A DNA stretch of 64,000 nucleotides from Methanobacteriota archaeon (GCA_020696385.1 JAEHCQ010000006.1:96001-160000), one strand, 5' to 3'; positions 18,675 to 28,952 are shown, counted from the first letter of the stretch. Notes: generated from the letters alone by a model not told the origin. Translations and numbers: made by a program.

Positions 18675-18701
18675 ATGCAGGCCGCTTCAAACGGCCTGCA
18701 T
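18675..18701 (-). terminator. Terminator-like hairpin of the por operon
   Basis: ATGCAGGCCG-CTTCAAA-CGGCCTGCAT, followed on the minus strand by a T-rich run. Confidence 0.75.
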
Positions 18702-18724
18702 ATTCTTTGTTTTGATGGCCTGGC

Positions 18725-19663
18725 TTATTCTTTCTTATCCTCTGAAAAGGCCTCGACGAACTTCAGGTCCATCTCGTTTTTCTTGTAGGCCCATCCCTGG
18801 ATGATCTTTATCTGCTCATCCGTCAGATGGCGGAAACGACCTTGCATTTTCAGATAATCATCGACTGGCTCCATCTTTGGCTTCACACTGAGGGTGATTA
18901 CCCCATCCACCATCTCGAAGAGGGTCCACATGCCTGAGTTGACCGCTTTCTTTGCGACCTCCACAGTTTTGGCGGTGTCCATTCTCCAGCCTGTTGGGCA
19001 TGGTGCAAATATCTGCAAGTATCGGAAACCTTTCATGTTCTTGGCCTTCTCGATCTTCCTTAGCATATCTGCGGGGTGACCGACACTGGCTGTAGCAACA
19101 TAAGGTACATTGTGAGCCATCATGATCTTTGGGATGTCCTTCTTGAACAATTCTTTTCCACCGATCTTTGTTCCTGCCGGTGTAGTTGTTGTCCAGGCTC
19201 CGAAAGGTGTACTTCCACTCCTCTGGATACCAGTGTTCATGTAAGCCTCATTATCATAGCAGATGTAGAGGATGTCCTCGTTTCTCTCAGCAGCTCCAGA
19301 AAGAGCCTGGAAACCGATATCTCCGGTTCCACCATCTCCTGCAAAGGCCACCACATTGACGTCCTCTTTGCCCTGCTTGTTAAGAGCCTGCTTGATACCA
19401 GCCGCGCATATTGCCGAATTCTCGAACAATACGTGCAGATAAGGGACCTTGAATGCATTGTGTGGATATGTTCCACCGAAGACAAGCAAACAACATGCTG
19501 GGAAGTACGTGACCGTATTTGGTCCAAGTATCTTCATTGCCGCTCTTACAACAATTGGAGCTCCGCATCCGCCACAAGCAGTGTGACCACTTGTGAATAG
19601 TTCTTCTTCTGGTAATGTCTTTATTGTGATACCTATGGTTTCACCCCCCTGGTGCCTATCCAT
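18725..19663 (-). CDS. porB: Pyruvate/2-oxoacid:ferredoxin oxidoreductase beta subunit
   Basis: GHTACGGCG, GDGGTGDIG, YDNEAYMNTGIQRS, APCPTGW. Start uncertain, possibly ATA at 19636. Confidence 0.93.
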   Translation of the reverse strand: MDRHQGGETIGITIKTLPEEELFTSGHTACGGCGAPIVVRAAMKILGPNTVTYFPACCLLVFGGTYPHNAFKVPYLHVLFENSAICAAGIKQALNKQGKEDVNVVAFAGDGGTGDIGFQALSGAAERNEDILYICYDNEAYMNTGIQRSGSTPFGAWTTTTPAGTKIGGKELFKKDIPKIMMAHNVPYVATASVGHPADMLRKIEKAKNMKGFRYLQIFAPCPTGWRMDTAKTVEVAKKAVNSGMWTLFEMVDGVITLSVKPKMEPVDDYLKMQGRFRHLTDEQIKIIQGWAYKKNEMDLKFVEAFSEDKKE

Positions 19664-20814
19664 ACAATCTCATTCTCTGCTTCACCCTTCTCGGCTGCTT
19701 CCAGTACCTTATCGAACATCAAGCGAATATCTGGTTCTGTGACATCTCTGCCACCCAGACCTGCCAGAACATTGATGACTGGTATGGTGTAGCCGTATAG
19801 AGCATTCCTGGCCTCTATCCATGATGGTCCGCCAGCGCTGAAACTCACAGCCCTGTCATAGACTCCGATCGCCTTGCATTTGCTGGCGACCTTCCTGATG
19901 GCCTCGGTTGGGTATGGCCTGAAGAATCTCAGTTTGACCAGACCGACCTTTTTGCCTGCTGCCCGGTATTCATCGACTATATCACGAGCCGTGGATGTAA
20001 CTGTACCCAGTGTGATTAGGATAGCATCCGCGCCTTCTGTTTTGTATTCCTCAATAAGTCCACCGTAGTCGCGGCCAAACTCCTTGGCCCATTCTGCATT
20101 AACTTCCTCAACGACCTCAAGGGCATTCCTCATGGTCTCATCGGTCTGATATCTTACTTCCTGAATGTATTCTGGAGGTGAGAAGGAACCGATGATCATT
20201 GGATCCTTAGGATCCAGAACTGCGTGATCCGGTCTGTATGGTGGTAGGAATTTGTCCACTTTGTCCTGATCTGGGAAGTCGACTGGCTCGACAGTATGCG
20301 AAAGGATGAAAGCATCCAAGCACACCATGATAGGCAGAAGAACGCGTTTGTCCTCTGCGATCTTGAAAGCCTGGATGGTCATATCCATCACTTCCTGGTT
20401 ATCTTCAACGTAAACTTGCATCCATCCAGTATCTCTTTGAGGCATGGTGTCATTGTGCTCTGCCCAGATACCGATTGGTCCTGCGACTGTACGATTAACG
20501 ACGGGCATGACCACTGGAAGGTGAGCTGATCCTGCAATGAAAAGAACTTCATGCATGAGTGCCAGTCCCTGTGATGCTGTCGCCGTGTATGTTCTAACAC
20601 CTGTTGCACTGGCTGCGACACAAGCGCTCATAGCGCTGTGCTCGCTCTCGCACCTCATGAAGGCCGAGTCCAAAAGTCCATCATTTACGAATTCCGAAAG
20701 GTGCTCGACAATGAAGGTCTGTGGTGTTATTGGGTAGGCCGCGATAACGTCCACCCTTGCAAGCATGGCCGCAAATGCAGCCGCATAATTACCTGTAACT
20801 ACTCTTTTAACCAT
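19633..20814 (-). CDS. porA: Pyruvate/2-oxoacid:ferredoxin oxidoreductase alpha subunit
   Basis: AAYPITPQT, ESEHSAM, TATASQGL, NR, LRFFRP and GLGGRD. ATG at 20814 after GGAGG. Confidence 0.93.
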   Translation of the reverse strand: MVKRVVTGNYAAAFAAMLARVDVIAAYPITPQTFIVEHLSEFVNDGLLDSAFMRCESEHSAMSACVAASATGVRTYTATASQGLALMHEVLFIAGSAHLPVVMPVVNRTVAGPIGIWAEHNDTMPQRDTGWMQVYVEDNQEVMDMTIQAFKIAEDKRVLLPIMVCLDAFILSHTVEPVDFPDQDKVDKFLPPYRPDHAVLDPKDPMIIGSFSPPEYIQEVRYQTDETMRNALEVVEEVNAEWAKEFGRDYGGLIEEYKTEGADAILITLGTVTSTARDIVDEYRAAGKKVGLVKLRFFRPYPTEAIRKVASKCKAIGVYDRAVSFSAGGPSWIEARNALYGYTIPVINVLAGLGGRDVTEPDIRLMFDKVLEAAEKGEAENEIVWIGTRGVKP

Positions 20815-20884
20815 ATCGAATCCCTCCATTCTGTTCCGGGCTTTTCTGATGCTCTGCCATATTCAAATTTAAACGCATCAGAAA

Positions 20885-21781
20885 TCACCGCTCCATCTTT
20901 ATTGCATCTTTTGGACATTCATTGGCGCATATTCCGCAACCTTTGCAGTATTCCAGGTGGAATTCCAGGGTCTTGGCATCGCCTTCGCCGACCTCTTTGA
21001 TCGCTCCGTCTGGACAGTAGAACCAACACATTCTGCACATGATGCATTTGTCAGGATCATGTACCGGAGCGAAGGTCTTCCAGCTTCCAGTTTTGTTATC
21101 TACAAAACTGCCTGGGCCAACGAGCCCCTCTGGTGTTTTCATGGGCCTGGTGGCTAATCCTAGTGGGAGCTCCTTATAATCTGGAAGCCATTTACCGCCT
21201 TTTTCATAGGTCATGGTTCCCTTGCAGGTTCCTACACTTGTTCTTTCGTAGGCGACCTTTGCGGCATTGGCATTCTTGGCAGCCAGTTTCTCTCCGATCC
21301 TGCTACCGAAGATATCCATGATACCTGCGACGATCGAATCAATAGAAACAAGACCAGTAGCCTTTGCAAAAGCACCCAGGATCGCACTGTTAGTGATAGG
21401 CTGACCCAGTGTTTCCAATGCCACTGTGGTTGCGTCAACTGTTGCACATTTGACCGATTTTCCCAGCTCGATATCCTCTGGCTTTGCATTGGAATTGATA
21501 ATGGCCATTCCGTCATCCTTCAATCCATCTGCAACATCCACAAGACCTGTCAGCTTGTCATCCAGGACCACGATATAATCTGGCTCGTAAATGAGCGTCT
21601 TGGAGAATATCTTGTCCTTATCTACCCTTGTAAAGGCCATTACCGGGGCACCTCTTCTCTCTGCTCCAAAGTAGGGGAACGCGACTGCGTAATTACCTTC
21701 CTGGAAAGCAGCGGAAGCAAGTGCCTGGGCTGCCATTACGGCTCCCTGGCCTCCTCGACCATGAAATCTTACTTCAAACAT
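20885..21781 (-). CDS. porG: Fused gamma-delta subunit of a 2-oxoacid:ferredoxin oxidoreductase
   Basis: HGRGGQG and FGAERRGAP (gamma), then [17 protein letters not shown] and [12 protein letters not shown] (delta, 2x[4Fe-4S]). Confidence 0.92.
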   Translation of the reverse strand: MFEVRFHGRGGQGAVMAAQALASAAFQEGNYAVAFPYFGAERRGAPVMAFTRVDKDKIFSKTLIYEPDYIVVLDDKLTGLVDVADGLKDDGMAIINSNAKPEDIELGKSVKCATVDATTVALETLGQPITNSAILGAFAKATGLVSIDSIVAGIMDIFGSRIGEKLAAKNANAAKVAYERTSVGTCKGTMTYEKGGKWLPDYKELPLGLATRPMKTPEGLVGPGSFVDNKTGSWKTFAPVHDPDKCIMCRMCWFYCPDGAIKEVGEGDAKTLEFHLEYCKGCGICANECPKDAIKMER

Positions 21782-21984
21782 TTTCTATCTCCTTTTTTAT
21801 TACGTAAATACGGTTATGTGGGCGAGTATGGAAATCATGATAATAAGGGTTGTGATTAATTATAGAATGAAGAATGTCAAAAATGATAAAATCAAACTCA
21901 TTACGCAAATAATTTACAAACATGTTTTATAAAATAAATGCGTGCACATCAAAGAGAGAATGTGCATTTAAAAATTGGAAAGAT

Positions 21985-22010
21985 TGGGAAGGCTTTTTAC
22001 AGCCTTCCCA
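21985..22010 (-). terminator. Terminator-like hairpin after nifJ
   Basis: TGGGAAGGCT-TTTTAC-AGCCTTCCCA, a 10-bp stem with T-rich sequence beyond it on the minus strand. Confidence 0.7.
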
Positions 22011-22039
22011 TTATTCTTTATTTTGGCTTGACAGCTATC

Positions 22040-25000
22040 CTAGCATTCTTCTGCTGCCATGGCCTTGTACTTGAGATATTTCTCTTTCTGGCTCACGGCA
22101 AGGTGTGCATGCAGTTTCTTGGCGTCCTCGGGGAACTGGAGAGTGAGTGTGTGATACCTTACCTCTCCCATCAGGAATTCCTGCATGTCTCCGGTTGGCT
22201 CTTTGGAGTCCAGCTGGAATGGGTTCTTTCCCTCTTCCTTGAGCCTTGGGTCATACCTGTAGAGGAACCAGTAACCGGCCTCGACAGCCTTCTTCTCCTC
22301 TGACTGGGTCTTGGTCATGCCACCAGCTTTTATTCCATGGTTGATGCATGGCGCATAAGCAATTATCAGGGATGGTCCAGGGTAAGATTCTGCTTCCTTG
22401 ACAGCTTTTAGGTACTGATTCTTGTTGGCTCCGATCGCCACCATTGCCACATAGATATAACCATAGGACATTGCAATGACTCCCAGGTCCTTCTTCACGG
22501 TCTTTTTCCCGCTGGCTGCGAACTTCGCAACCGAACCTACGGGTGTCGCCTTGGAAGCCTGGCCGCCGGTATTGGAGTAAACCTCGGTGTCCATAACGAG
22601 AACGTTCACGTCATGTCCCATAGCCAGCACATGGTCAAGACCTCCATATCCTATATCGTAGGCCCAGCCGTCTCCACCGAATATCCAGTGTGATGGTTTG
22701 GTGAACATATCTTTCTCATCATACATTCCTGCAAGGATCTTGTCCTCCGAGCGCTCTTTGAGGAACTCCTGGATCTTTAGAGATACTGGTTTACAATCAT
22801 CACCGATGTGCATTACTTCGAGCCACTTGGTCAGAAGTTCTTTGAATTCACCCTCAACTTTGTTCTCGTCAAGTGCGATCCTGACATAGCTTGCAAGCTT
22901 GTCTCTCCTGGCAGATGTAGCCAACTGCATTCCGAAACCGTATTCGGCATTGTCCTCGAAGAGGGAATTGGCCCATGCAGGTCCATGTCCCAGTTCGTTC
23001 ACAGTGTATGCTGTTGATGGTGAATATGCGGCCCAAATGGATGAACAGCCAGTTGCATTGGCTATCATCATTCTGTCACCGTAAAGCTGTGTGATGGCCT
23101 TAACATAAGGTGTCTCTCCACAACCTGCACAAGCACCCGAGAATTCAAGCAATGGTCTGCGGAACTGGGAACCCTTGACAGTGTACTTGCTCATTCCACC
23201 ATCGCGGACCGGCAATGAATTCAGATAGTCCCAGAGTGCTTCGCCACCTTTTTCCCTCTGGCCTTCCATGGATGTCATCTCCAGTGCCTTGCCCTTGGTT
23301 GCCGGGCAGACATCAACACAGTTTCCACAGCCCTGGCAGTCCATAACAGATACTGCAAGGGTGAACTCGTATTCTCCCATATCTTTACCCATAGCTAGCA
23401 ATCCGATGTAACCCTCAGGGGCCTTCTCGGCTTCCTGCTTCTTGAGAAGGACTGGCCTTATGACCGCATGCGGGCAGACGAATGCACATTGATTACACTG
23501 GATACAGTTCTCGGAGATCCATTCGGGAACAGTGATAGTTGTTCCACGCTTCTCGTATTTGGAAGTCCCTGGTGGGAAGAAACCACTTGGTGTGAAATCA
23601 GAGGTCTTGAGGTCATCGCCCTTGAGATTACCCATGGTGTCCACGACCCTTCTGATGAACTCTGGCCGGCTCTCGTCAACATGAGCAGGAGCATCAACAG
23701 CATTCTTCCATGATTCAGGATATTCGATCTTCTGGAGCTTGGCCAAGGCCGCATCAACAGCGTCGAAGTTCATCTGAACAATCTTATCACCCTTTCTACC
23801 GTATGTCTTCTTGATAGCACCCTTCAAAAGAGCGAATGCGTCATCGACTGGCATGATCTTTGCCAGTTTGAAAAAGACAGACTGCATGATCATATTGATC
23901 CTCTGGCCAAGGCCAAGTTCCTGTGCGAGTGCAAAAGCATCGATATTGTAAAATTCCAAATTATTCAGGGCTATGTCTCTCTTTAGCTTACTGGGGAACC
24001 TTTTCTCCATATCCTCAAGGGTCATTGGTGAGTTCAAAACGAAAGTTCCTCCTTCCTTGATGCCCTCCAGTACGTCATATTTCTCGACATACGTGGTGCT
24101 GTGAACCGCGATATAATCGGCAGTATCCAGATTGTATCTTGCCTTAATGGCCTCATCGCCGAATCTCAAGTGAGAGCGAGTAACACCGCCGGATTTCTTT
24201 GCATCATACTCAAAGTAACCCTGGACGAACTTGTCCGTATTGTCTCCGATTATCTTTATAGCTTCTTTATTGGCACCAACGGTTCCGTCACCGCCTATTC
24301 CCCAGAACTTGCATCTGACCGTGGATGCTGGTTCTGTGTCTATCTTCTCGGACAGCTCCAGGCTTGTGTGTGTAATGTCGTCAGTTATACCGATCGTGAA
24401 GTGATTTTTCGGTGTATCCAGTGCAAGATTGTCAAATACAGTCTTGGCCATCGTGGCCGTGAACTCCTTGGAGCTCAAACCATACCTTCCACCGACAATG
24501 GTCCTCATGTCACCCTTCTGTTGGAATATGGTACAGATATCCTCGAAAAGCGGTTCACCGTAAGCACCTGGCTCCTTTGTCCTATCGAGAACAGCGATCG
24601 CCTTCGCGGTCTTTGGAATTGCATTGTATATTTCCTCGACTGGCAATGGCCTGTAAAGTCTGAGATTGACGACACCGATCTTCTCACCCTTCGAGCAAAG
24701 ATGTTCAACAACTTCACATGTGGTCATCGCACCTGCACCCATCGCGATGATGACTCTCTCGGCATCCGGGCTTCCAAAGTAATCAACAAGGTGATACTGT
24801 CTTCCGGTGAGCTTTGCGACGCGATCCATCTCTTCCTGAACTATCTGAGGGACTCTGTCATAATACTCATTACTCCTCTCTCTTATCTGGAAATATGTGT
24901 CTGGTCCAGCAGCAGCCATTCTGATGTGTGGGTGCTCGGGGTTGAGTGCCCGAGCCTTGAACTTCTCGACGCAGTCCCAATCGACCAGATTGGCCATATC

Positions 25001-25570
25001 ATCATAGTCCAATACATTGATTTTCTGTATCTCGTGGGAGCTTCTGAATCCCTCGAAAAAGTGTATGAAGGGCACAGATGACCTCAAAGTGGCGAGGTGA
25101 GCAACAAGCCCCAGATCCATTATCTCCTGGATAGAAGATGAGCATATCTCGGCGTACCCGGATGGTCTAGCGGCCATCACATCGGAGTGGTCTCCGAAAA
25201 TTGAGAGAACCTCCATTGCCAGGGAACGAGCTGAAACATGGAATACTGTAGGCATCAATTCGCCGGATATTTTGAACATGTTGGGAAGCATCAAAAGAAG
25301 TCCCTGGGATGCCGTGAATGTCGTAGTAAACGCACCCGCGGCAAGAGAGCCATGAATAGCGCCTGCGGCACCTCCCTCTGACTGCATTTCAGCCACTTTC
25401 AAGACCTGGCCGAAAATATTCTTTCTTCCGTGCGCGGCCCATTCATCTGCGATCTCACCCATGGTGGAAGACGGTGTGATGGGATATATCGCTGCCACAT
25501 CACTGAACGCGTACGCCACATGCGCCGCGGCCGTATTGCCATCCATTGATTTCATTTTATCTTTTGACAT
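22040..25570 (-). CDS. nifJ: Single-chain pyruvate:ferredoxin (flavodoxin) oxidoreductase
   Basis: DGNTAAA, IYPITPSS, MQSEGGAAG, GDGTVGANK, CIQCNQC..CP, CQGCGNC..CP, EFSGACAGCGET, GGDGWAYDIG and YSNTGGQ. Confidence 0.97.
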   Translation of the reverse strand: MSKDKMKSMDGNTAAAHVAYAFSDVAAIYPITPSSTMGEIADEWAAHGRKNIFGQVLKVAEMQSEGGAAGAIHGSLAAGAFTTTFTASQGLLLMLPNMFKISGELMPTVFHVSARSLAMEVLSIFGDHSDVMAARPSGYAEICSSSIQEIMDLGLVAHLATLRSSVPFIHFFEGFRSSHEIQKINVLDYDDMANLVDWDCVEKFKARALNPEHPHIRMAAAGPDTYFQIRERSNEYYDRVPQIVQEEMDRVAKLTGRQYHLVDYFGSPDAERVIIAMGAGAMTTCEVVEHLCSKGEKIGVVNLRLYRPLPVEEIYNAIPKTAKAIAVLDRTKEPGAYGEPLFEDICTIFQQKGDMRTIVGGRYGLSSKEFTATMAKTVFDNLALDTPKNHFTIGITDDITHTSLELSEKIDTEPASTVRCKFWGIGGDGTVGANKEAIKIIGDNTDKFVQGYFEYDAKKSGGVTRSHLRFGDEAIKARYNLDTADYIAVHSTTYVEKYDVLEGIKEGGTFVLNSPMTLEDMEKRFPSKLKRDIALNNLEFYNIDAFALAQELGLGQRINMIMQSVFFKLAKIMPVDDAFALLKGAIKKTYGRKGDKIVQMNFDAVDAALAKLQKIEYPESWKNAVDAPAHVDESRPEFIRRVVDTMGNLKGDDLKTSDFTPSGFFPPGTSKYEKRGTTITVPEWISENCIQCNQCAFVCPHAVIRPVLLKKQEAEKAPEGYIGLLAMGKDMGEYEFTLAVSVMDCQGCGNCVDVCPATKGKALEMTSMEGQREKGGEALWDYLNSLPVRDGGMSKYTVKGSQFRRPLLEFSGACAGCGETPYVKAITQLYGDRMMIANATGCSSIWAAYSPSTAYTVNELGHGPAWANSLFEDNAEYGFGMQLATSARRDKLASYVRIALDENKVEGEFKELLTKWLEVMHIGDDCKPVSLKIQEFLKERSEDKILAGMYDEKDMFTKPSHWIFGGDGWAYDIGYGGLDHVLAMGHDVNVLVMDTEVYSNTGGQASKATPVGSVAKFAASGKKTVKKDLGVIAMSYGYIYVAMVAIGANKNQYLKAVKEAESYPGPSLIIAYAPCINHGIKAGGMTKTQSEEKKAVEAGYWFLYRYDPRLKEEGKNPFQLDSKEPTGDMQEFLMGEVRYHTLTLQFPEDAKKLHAHLAVSQKEKYLKYKAMAAEEC

Positions 25571-25867
25571 ATTAATACCTCGTCAATTCCAATCCCTTGC
25601 CCGTATGGCTTGAGGAATGAATTTCAATCCATTTCTGGATGGGGAGCGGTAATATGTTATCTACTTTAATGTTATTGTATAGTTAGTATATAGATATGAT
25701 AATTTTCAATGTATTTTGTGCCATAAATACTATTTTTCGAAATATTTTGATATCTTTAGACAAAATAAATTTCCGAGAAGATATGGAAATATGCAATAAA
25801 ATCCATAGTGTAGAACAAAATTCCAGGCATAAGACTTATATTACCAAGATATATACCTAGTGAACAA

Positions 25868-25985
25868 TGAGGGCTCCCAAAGCTGAAGCATTGGGATATC
25901 CTATCTGGATATGAGCCCTTATTGAATTCAACCCAAGCCGATATTGTACATATTGTCCTGCTTCGACTTGGGGATGATTCAATAA
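25868..25985 (+). repeat. Structured intergenic element, family CD, copy C
   Basis: TGAGGGCTCCCAA...TGAGCCCTTAYTGAA...TTCARTAA frame shared with 30548-30770. Three-way junction plus a second arm. Confidence 0.7.
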
Positions 25986-25991
25986 AAGGTC

Positions 25992-26375
25992 GTGATTACT
26001 TTGCCATCTACAATAGGTAAGAAAAAACCACATGCGAAAGGCTCCGCCAGAGAAGAACAATATCTTGATCTCGGGGCGATGGGATATGAAGATGAAAGTC
26101 TAGCAAAATTTGCAGGCTCATCTATCAAGATAGCTGAGATCTATCGTTTTGAGGATCTTAAGAACCTTACCAAATACCTATATGAGGGTCACACGATCAT
26201 TATAGATTATTCATCCTTGGCCAATGATGAGCTGATCATGAGAAGGATCACAAATGAGCTGAAAGCCATCACCGATGATACGAACGGTGATGTTGCAGGT
26301 ATTGGTCATCATATGTTATTGGCTACATCTAATGGCATAATGGTGGACAGGAACAAGATACGCGGTTCCTATTGA
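25992..26375 (+). CDS. sepF: Cell division protein SepF (archaeal)
   Basis: YLDL near the N-terminus, IKIAEI..FEDL, G.TIIID, GDVAGIG and LLATSNGIMVDR match the SepF core. Start could be TTG 26001. Confidence 0.8.
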   Translation: MITLPSTIGKKKPHAKGSAREEQYLDLGAMGYEDESLAKFAGSSIKIAEIYRFEDLKNLTKYLYEGHTIIIDYSSLANDELIMRRITNELKAITDDTNGDVAGIGHHMLLATSNGIMVDRNKIRGSY

Positions 26376-26469
26376 TCATCGTGACAACCCAGATTATATT
26401 TATTGAATAGTGTGAACGCTGTAAATATTCTGCATTATCTCATCTATGGAATGATTTATATTGATCATT

Positions 26470-27141
26470 CTATTGCGATTTCATCGAAAGCAGTTTGACA
26501 CTTATCTTATCGCCATATTCTATCAATGCCGCATAGCCATCCTTTGCGGCCCCGGGATTGACATATGTGCACCCCTTCTTCTCGATGGAACCTCTTGCAT
26601 CTGACACATGCCCAGATATCACAAGCCTCGGCTTCACCATGCGTATGTATTCTCGGATATCTCGATTACCCACATGCTTACCCTCTGCCTTGTCATTGAA
26701 GCCGAATGGTGGGATGTGAGTGATTAGAATATCAATGGTCTTCTCATTGATATCCTCCATACCCTGGATATCCTCAACTGTCTCCAATCTAGGAAGGCTC
26801 AGCTCTGCCACTTTCTCATGCACTTCTTCCTTCTTGAAAAGATCAAAGGGGTACACGATGCCATGAAATTCCACGCCCCTGAAGGACATGTGTGTGTCAG
26901 CATCCATGTACTCTTCTTTCAATATCTCGCCGATCATCTCTTTGGGATCCGAATTACCATTAACAAAAAGTATGGGGAGGTCAATGTTCCTTATGAACTC
27001 CGTCGCCCAGGATGTTGGTCCAAAGTGTGTTATATCTCCAGCCAGCACGATGATGTCGGGATGATGTTCTGAAATAAGGTCAACAAGAACTTTCTCTCCA
27101 GTTCTTGTTCCGTGTATGTCACTGAGAGCCAGTATTTTCAA
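26470..27141 (-). CDS. Metallophosphoesterase
   Basis: SDIHG, AGDIT, GNSD, THIPP, SGHV and VNPG. TTG start at 27141 after GGAGGTG. Confidence 0.85.
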   Translation of the reverse strand: MKILALSDIHGTRTGEKVLVDLISEHHPDIIVLAGDITHFGPTSWATEFIRNIDLPILFVNGNSDPKEMIGEILKEEYMDADTHMSFRGVEFHGIVYPFDLFKKEEVHEKVAELSLPRLETVEDIQGMEDINEKTIDILITHIPPFGFNDKAEGKHVGNRDIREYIRMVKPRLVISGHVSDARGSIEKKGCTYVNPGAAKDGYAALIEYGDKISVKLLSMKSQ

Positions 27142-27184
27142 GGTTCCACCTCCATCATACAATAATGCATTACTCATATATCAT

Positions 27185-28129
27185 TTATATTGTGAATATC
27201 AGGACAGCTACGGCGAATCCAAGTATGGCGCCTGTATTCAGCAATGGCAATCCAGCTTGAGGATTCCCTCTCATGACGAACTTCATCAAGGCCATGAAGC
27301 CGATCAGGCCTCCGATTATTGTTGCCATGGCCACCATTGTACTTTCAAATGTTGGTCCACCATTGGAGAAGAAAGTATAGGCCGATACAGCGAGACTGCC
27401 CGGGATGATTATATCACCCAGACCCATGAACATCGCCTCTATCTTCTTTTTCTTCTTCAAAGAGGATTTAATACCTTTCTGGTCCCTGAAGGAATAGTTC
27501 TTTGATTTGGGAACCACCAGGAGCACTGGTAAATGCTGTTCAGTGACCGCATCTGCCAATGCTATCATGTGTTTTGTCTTGTAGACTGCTATGGCGTCAT
27601 AGATCGCCAGACCTATCAGAAGTATGAGGATCGGGTATAGTCCAAGTGAGATACCCAATATCGCGGTAACTCCTGCTCCAATGATTATACCCAGGGTGTT
27701 AACGACATACCATTCAGGAAATTTGTAAAGGATATATGTCAGGATAACTGAGATCACAAAGGCAAGTAGATTGATGAAGGCTATCAGTGAATCCTGAGAC
27801 CATGCTGGCGGTGGATTTCCTCCAATATACCACACTATGTAAAATAGAGGTAATAGAAGTACGGAATACAGGGCAAGGCATGATGCGAAAAGGATCAGCA
27901 ACTGAACGAAATTCTTTTTGCCAGCCTTGATTAATAAGAGAATAACACCCGTGAAAAGCAGTATGATGACCATGTACATGATGGGGTTCATGGGATCTTC
28001 TGGATCCTCGAAGGCCTGATAGCCCGCATCGGACATCGGGCCCGAAATAAGAAGAGCCAGTATCTGGGTGAATACAAAAATAGCTCCCATCCCGATGATG
28101 GAATATATCTCGCCTTTGGACAGGGCCAT
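27185..28129 (-). CDS. Presenilin-family intramembrane aspartyl protease (PSH)
   Basis: IYDAIAVYKTKHM (YD), MGLGD (GxGD), PQAGLPLLN, multiple TM segments. Confidence 0.93.
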   Translation of the reverse strand: MALSKGEIYSIIGMGAIFVFTQILALLISGPMSDAGYQAFEDPEDPMNPIMYMVIILLFTGVILLLIKAGKKNFVQLLILFASCLALYSVLLLPLFYIVWYIGGNPPPAWSQDSLIAFINLLAFVISVILTYILYKFPEWYVVNTLGIIIGAGVTAILGISLGLYPILILLIGLAIYDAIAVYKTKHMIALADAVTEQHLPVLLVVPKSKNYSFRDQKGIKSSLKKKKKIEAMFMGLGDIIIPGSLAVSAYTFFSNGGPTFESTMVAMATIIGGLIGFMALMKFVMRGNPQAGLPLLNTGAILGFAVAVLIFTI

Positions 28130-28133
28130 GTGA

Positions 28134-28757
28134 TCACTCTGTGTGCAATACGGCGAAGGCCATTTTTCCCATGACCTTGGTGACCTTTATCTTGACAATG
28201 GAACCCTTTGCAGTTCCTGGCACATATATTATGAAATCGTCTATTTTGGCGATACCGTCGCCTTTCTTTCCAACATCCTGGATCATGACCTCATAGACAC
28301 TGTTTGCAACAACTGCCTTGACATCCCGTGCTGCCGTGGTGCTCTTTCTCACACCAATTGGTCTTCTTGCTCCGCATGCCTCACATTCAAGAACATCCAC
28401 CCTGCCTTCCTTGACAATGTGGGTATCTGGTCGCTTGCATTCGGTGCATAGAACAAAAGAATTCACATAGGCTTTTAATCTAGTTTCTACCTGTTTTGGT
28501 ATAAGACGGCTCTTGAAAACAGCCCTCTTACCATCCAGAACACCTGGAGTTCCAAGCTCTCTCTGGAAATATGCGAGTAGATCAGTAGGCTTGCGCCTTA
28601 TTGTCTCAGCTATGTCTCCGAAGTTCCTGAAAACAGTTGATTTACCCTCTACGAAAAGATCAACTTCCGGAACTTGGAACCTTTCTTCCTTTGTGATCCC
28701 CTTAGGCAATTTCTCCTTAGCGGATTTCAATAGCTCAGAATAATCGTATTCGGTCAT
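28134..28757 (-). CDS. eif2b: Translation initiation factor aIF-2 beta with C-terminal TRAM domain
   Basis: YSELL, ERFQVP, ELGT, CTECKRPDT..CEACGA zinc ribbon and TRAM (GKKGDGIAKIDDFIIYVPG). Start placed at ATG 28757. Confidence 0.93.
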   Translation of the reverse strand: MTEYDYSELLKSAKEKLPKGITKEERFQVPEVDLFVEGKSTVFRNFGDIAETIRRKPTDLLAYFQRELGTPGVLDGKRAVFKSRLIPKQVETRLKAYVNSFVLCTECKRPDTHIVKEGRVDVLECEACGARRPIGVRKSTTAARDVKAVVANSVYEVMIQDVGKKGDGIAKIDDFIIYVPGTAKGSIVKIKVTKVMGKMAFAVLHTE

Positions 28758-28797
28758 GCAGACCCGATTATTCTGGCATTGAATATATAATATTCGG

Positions 28798-28952
28798 TTG
28801 AAACAACCCGCTGTAGCGGTATGTTTCAATTGTAGGCCATAACCTCGACCTCTCGAAGCTTTATCCAGCTTCGAGTCCAGTTAAAAAAATAATGATGAGG
28901 TTACGGCGGTATAATATGTCCAAACCCGCAGAGAAAATCATACTCTGCGGTT
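28798..28952. other. Cluster of three hairpins downstream of rtcB
   Basis: TTGAAACA..CCGCT/AGCGG..TGTTTCAA; GCCATAACCTC..TCGAAGCT/AGCTTCGA..GAGGTTACGGC; CCGCAGAG/CTCTGCGG. Confidence 0.55.

Noticed and set aside
24101-25081. 326-aa plus-strand ORF inside nifJ
   Set aside because: Antisense shadow of a well-supported gene; composition is not protein-like.
26470-27141. GHVS instead of GHxH in the metallophosphoesterase
   Set aside because: A single substitution in a variable family is not enough to claim inactivity.
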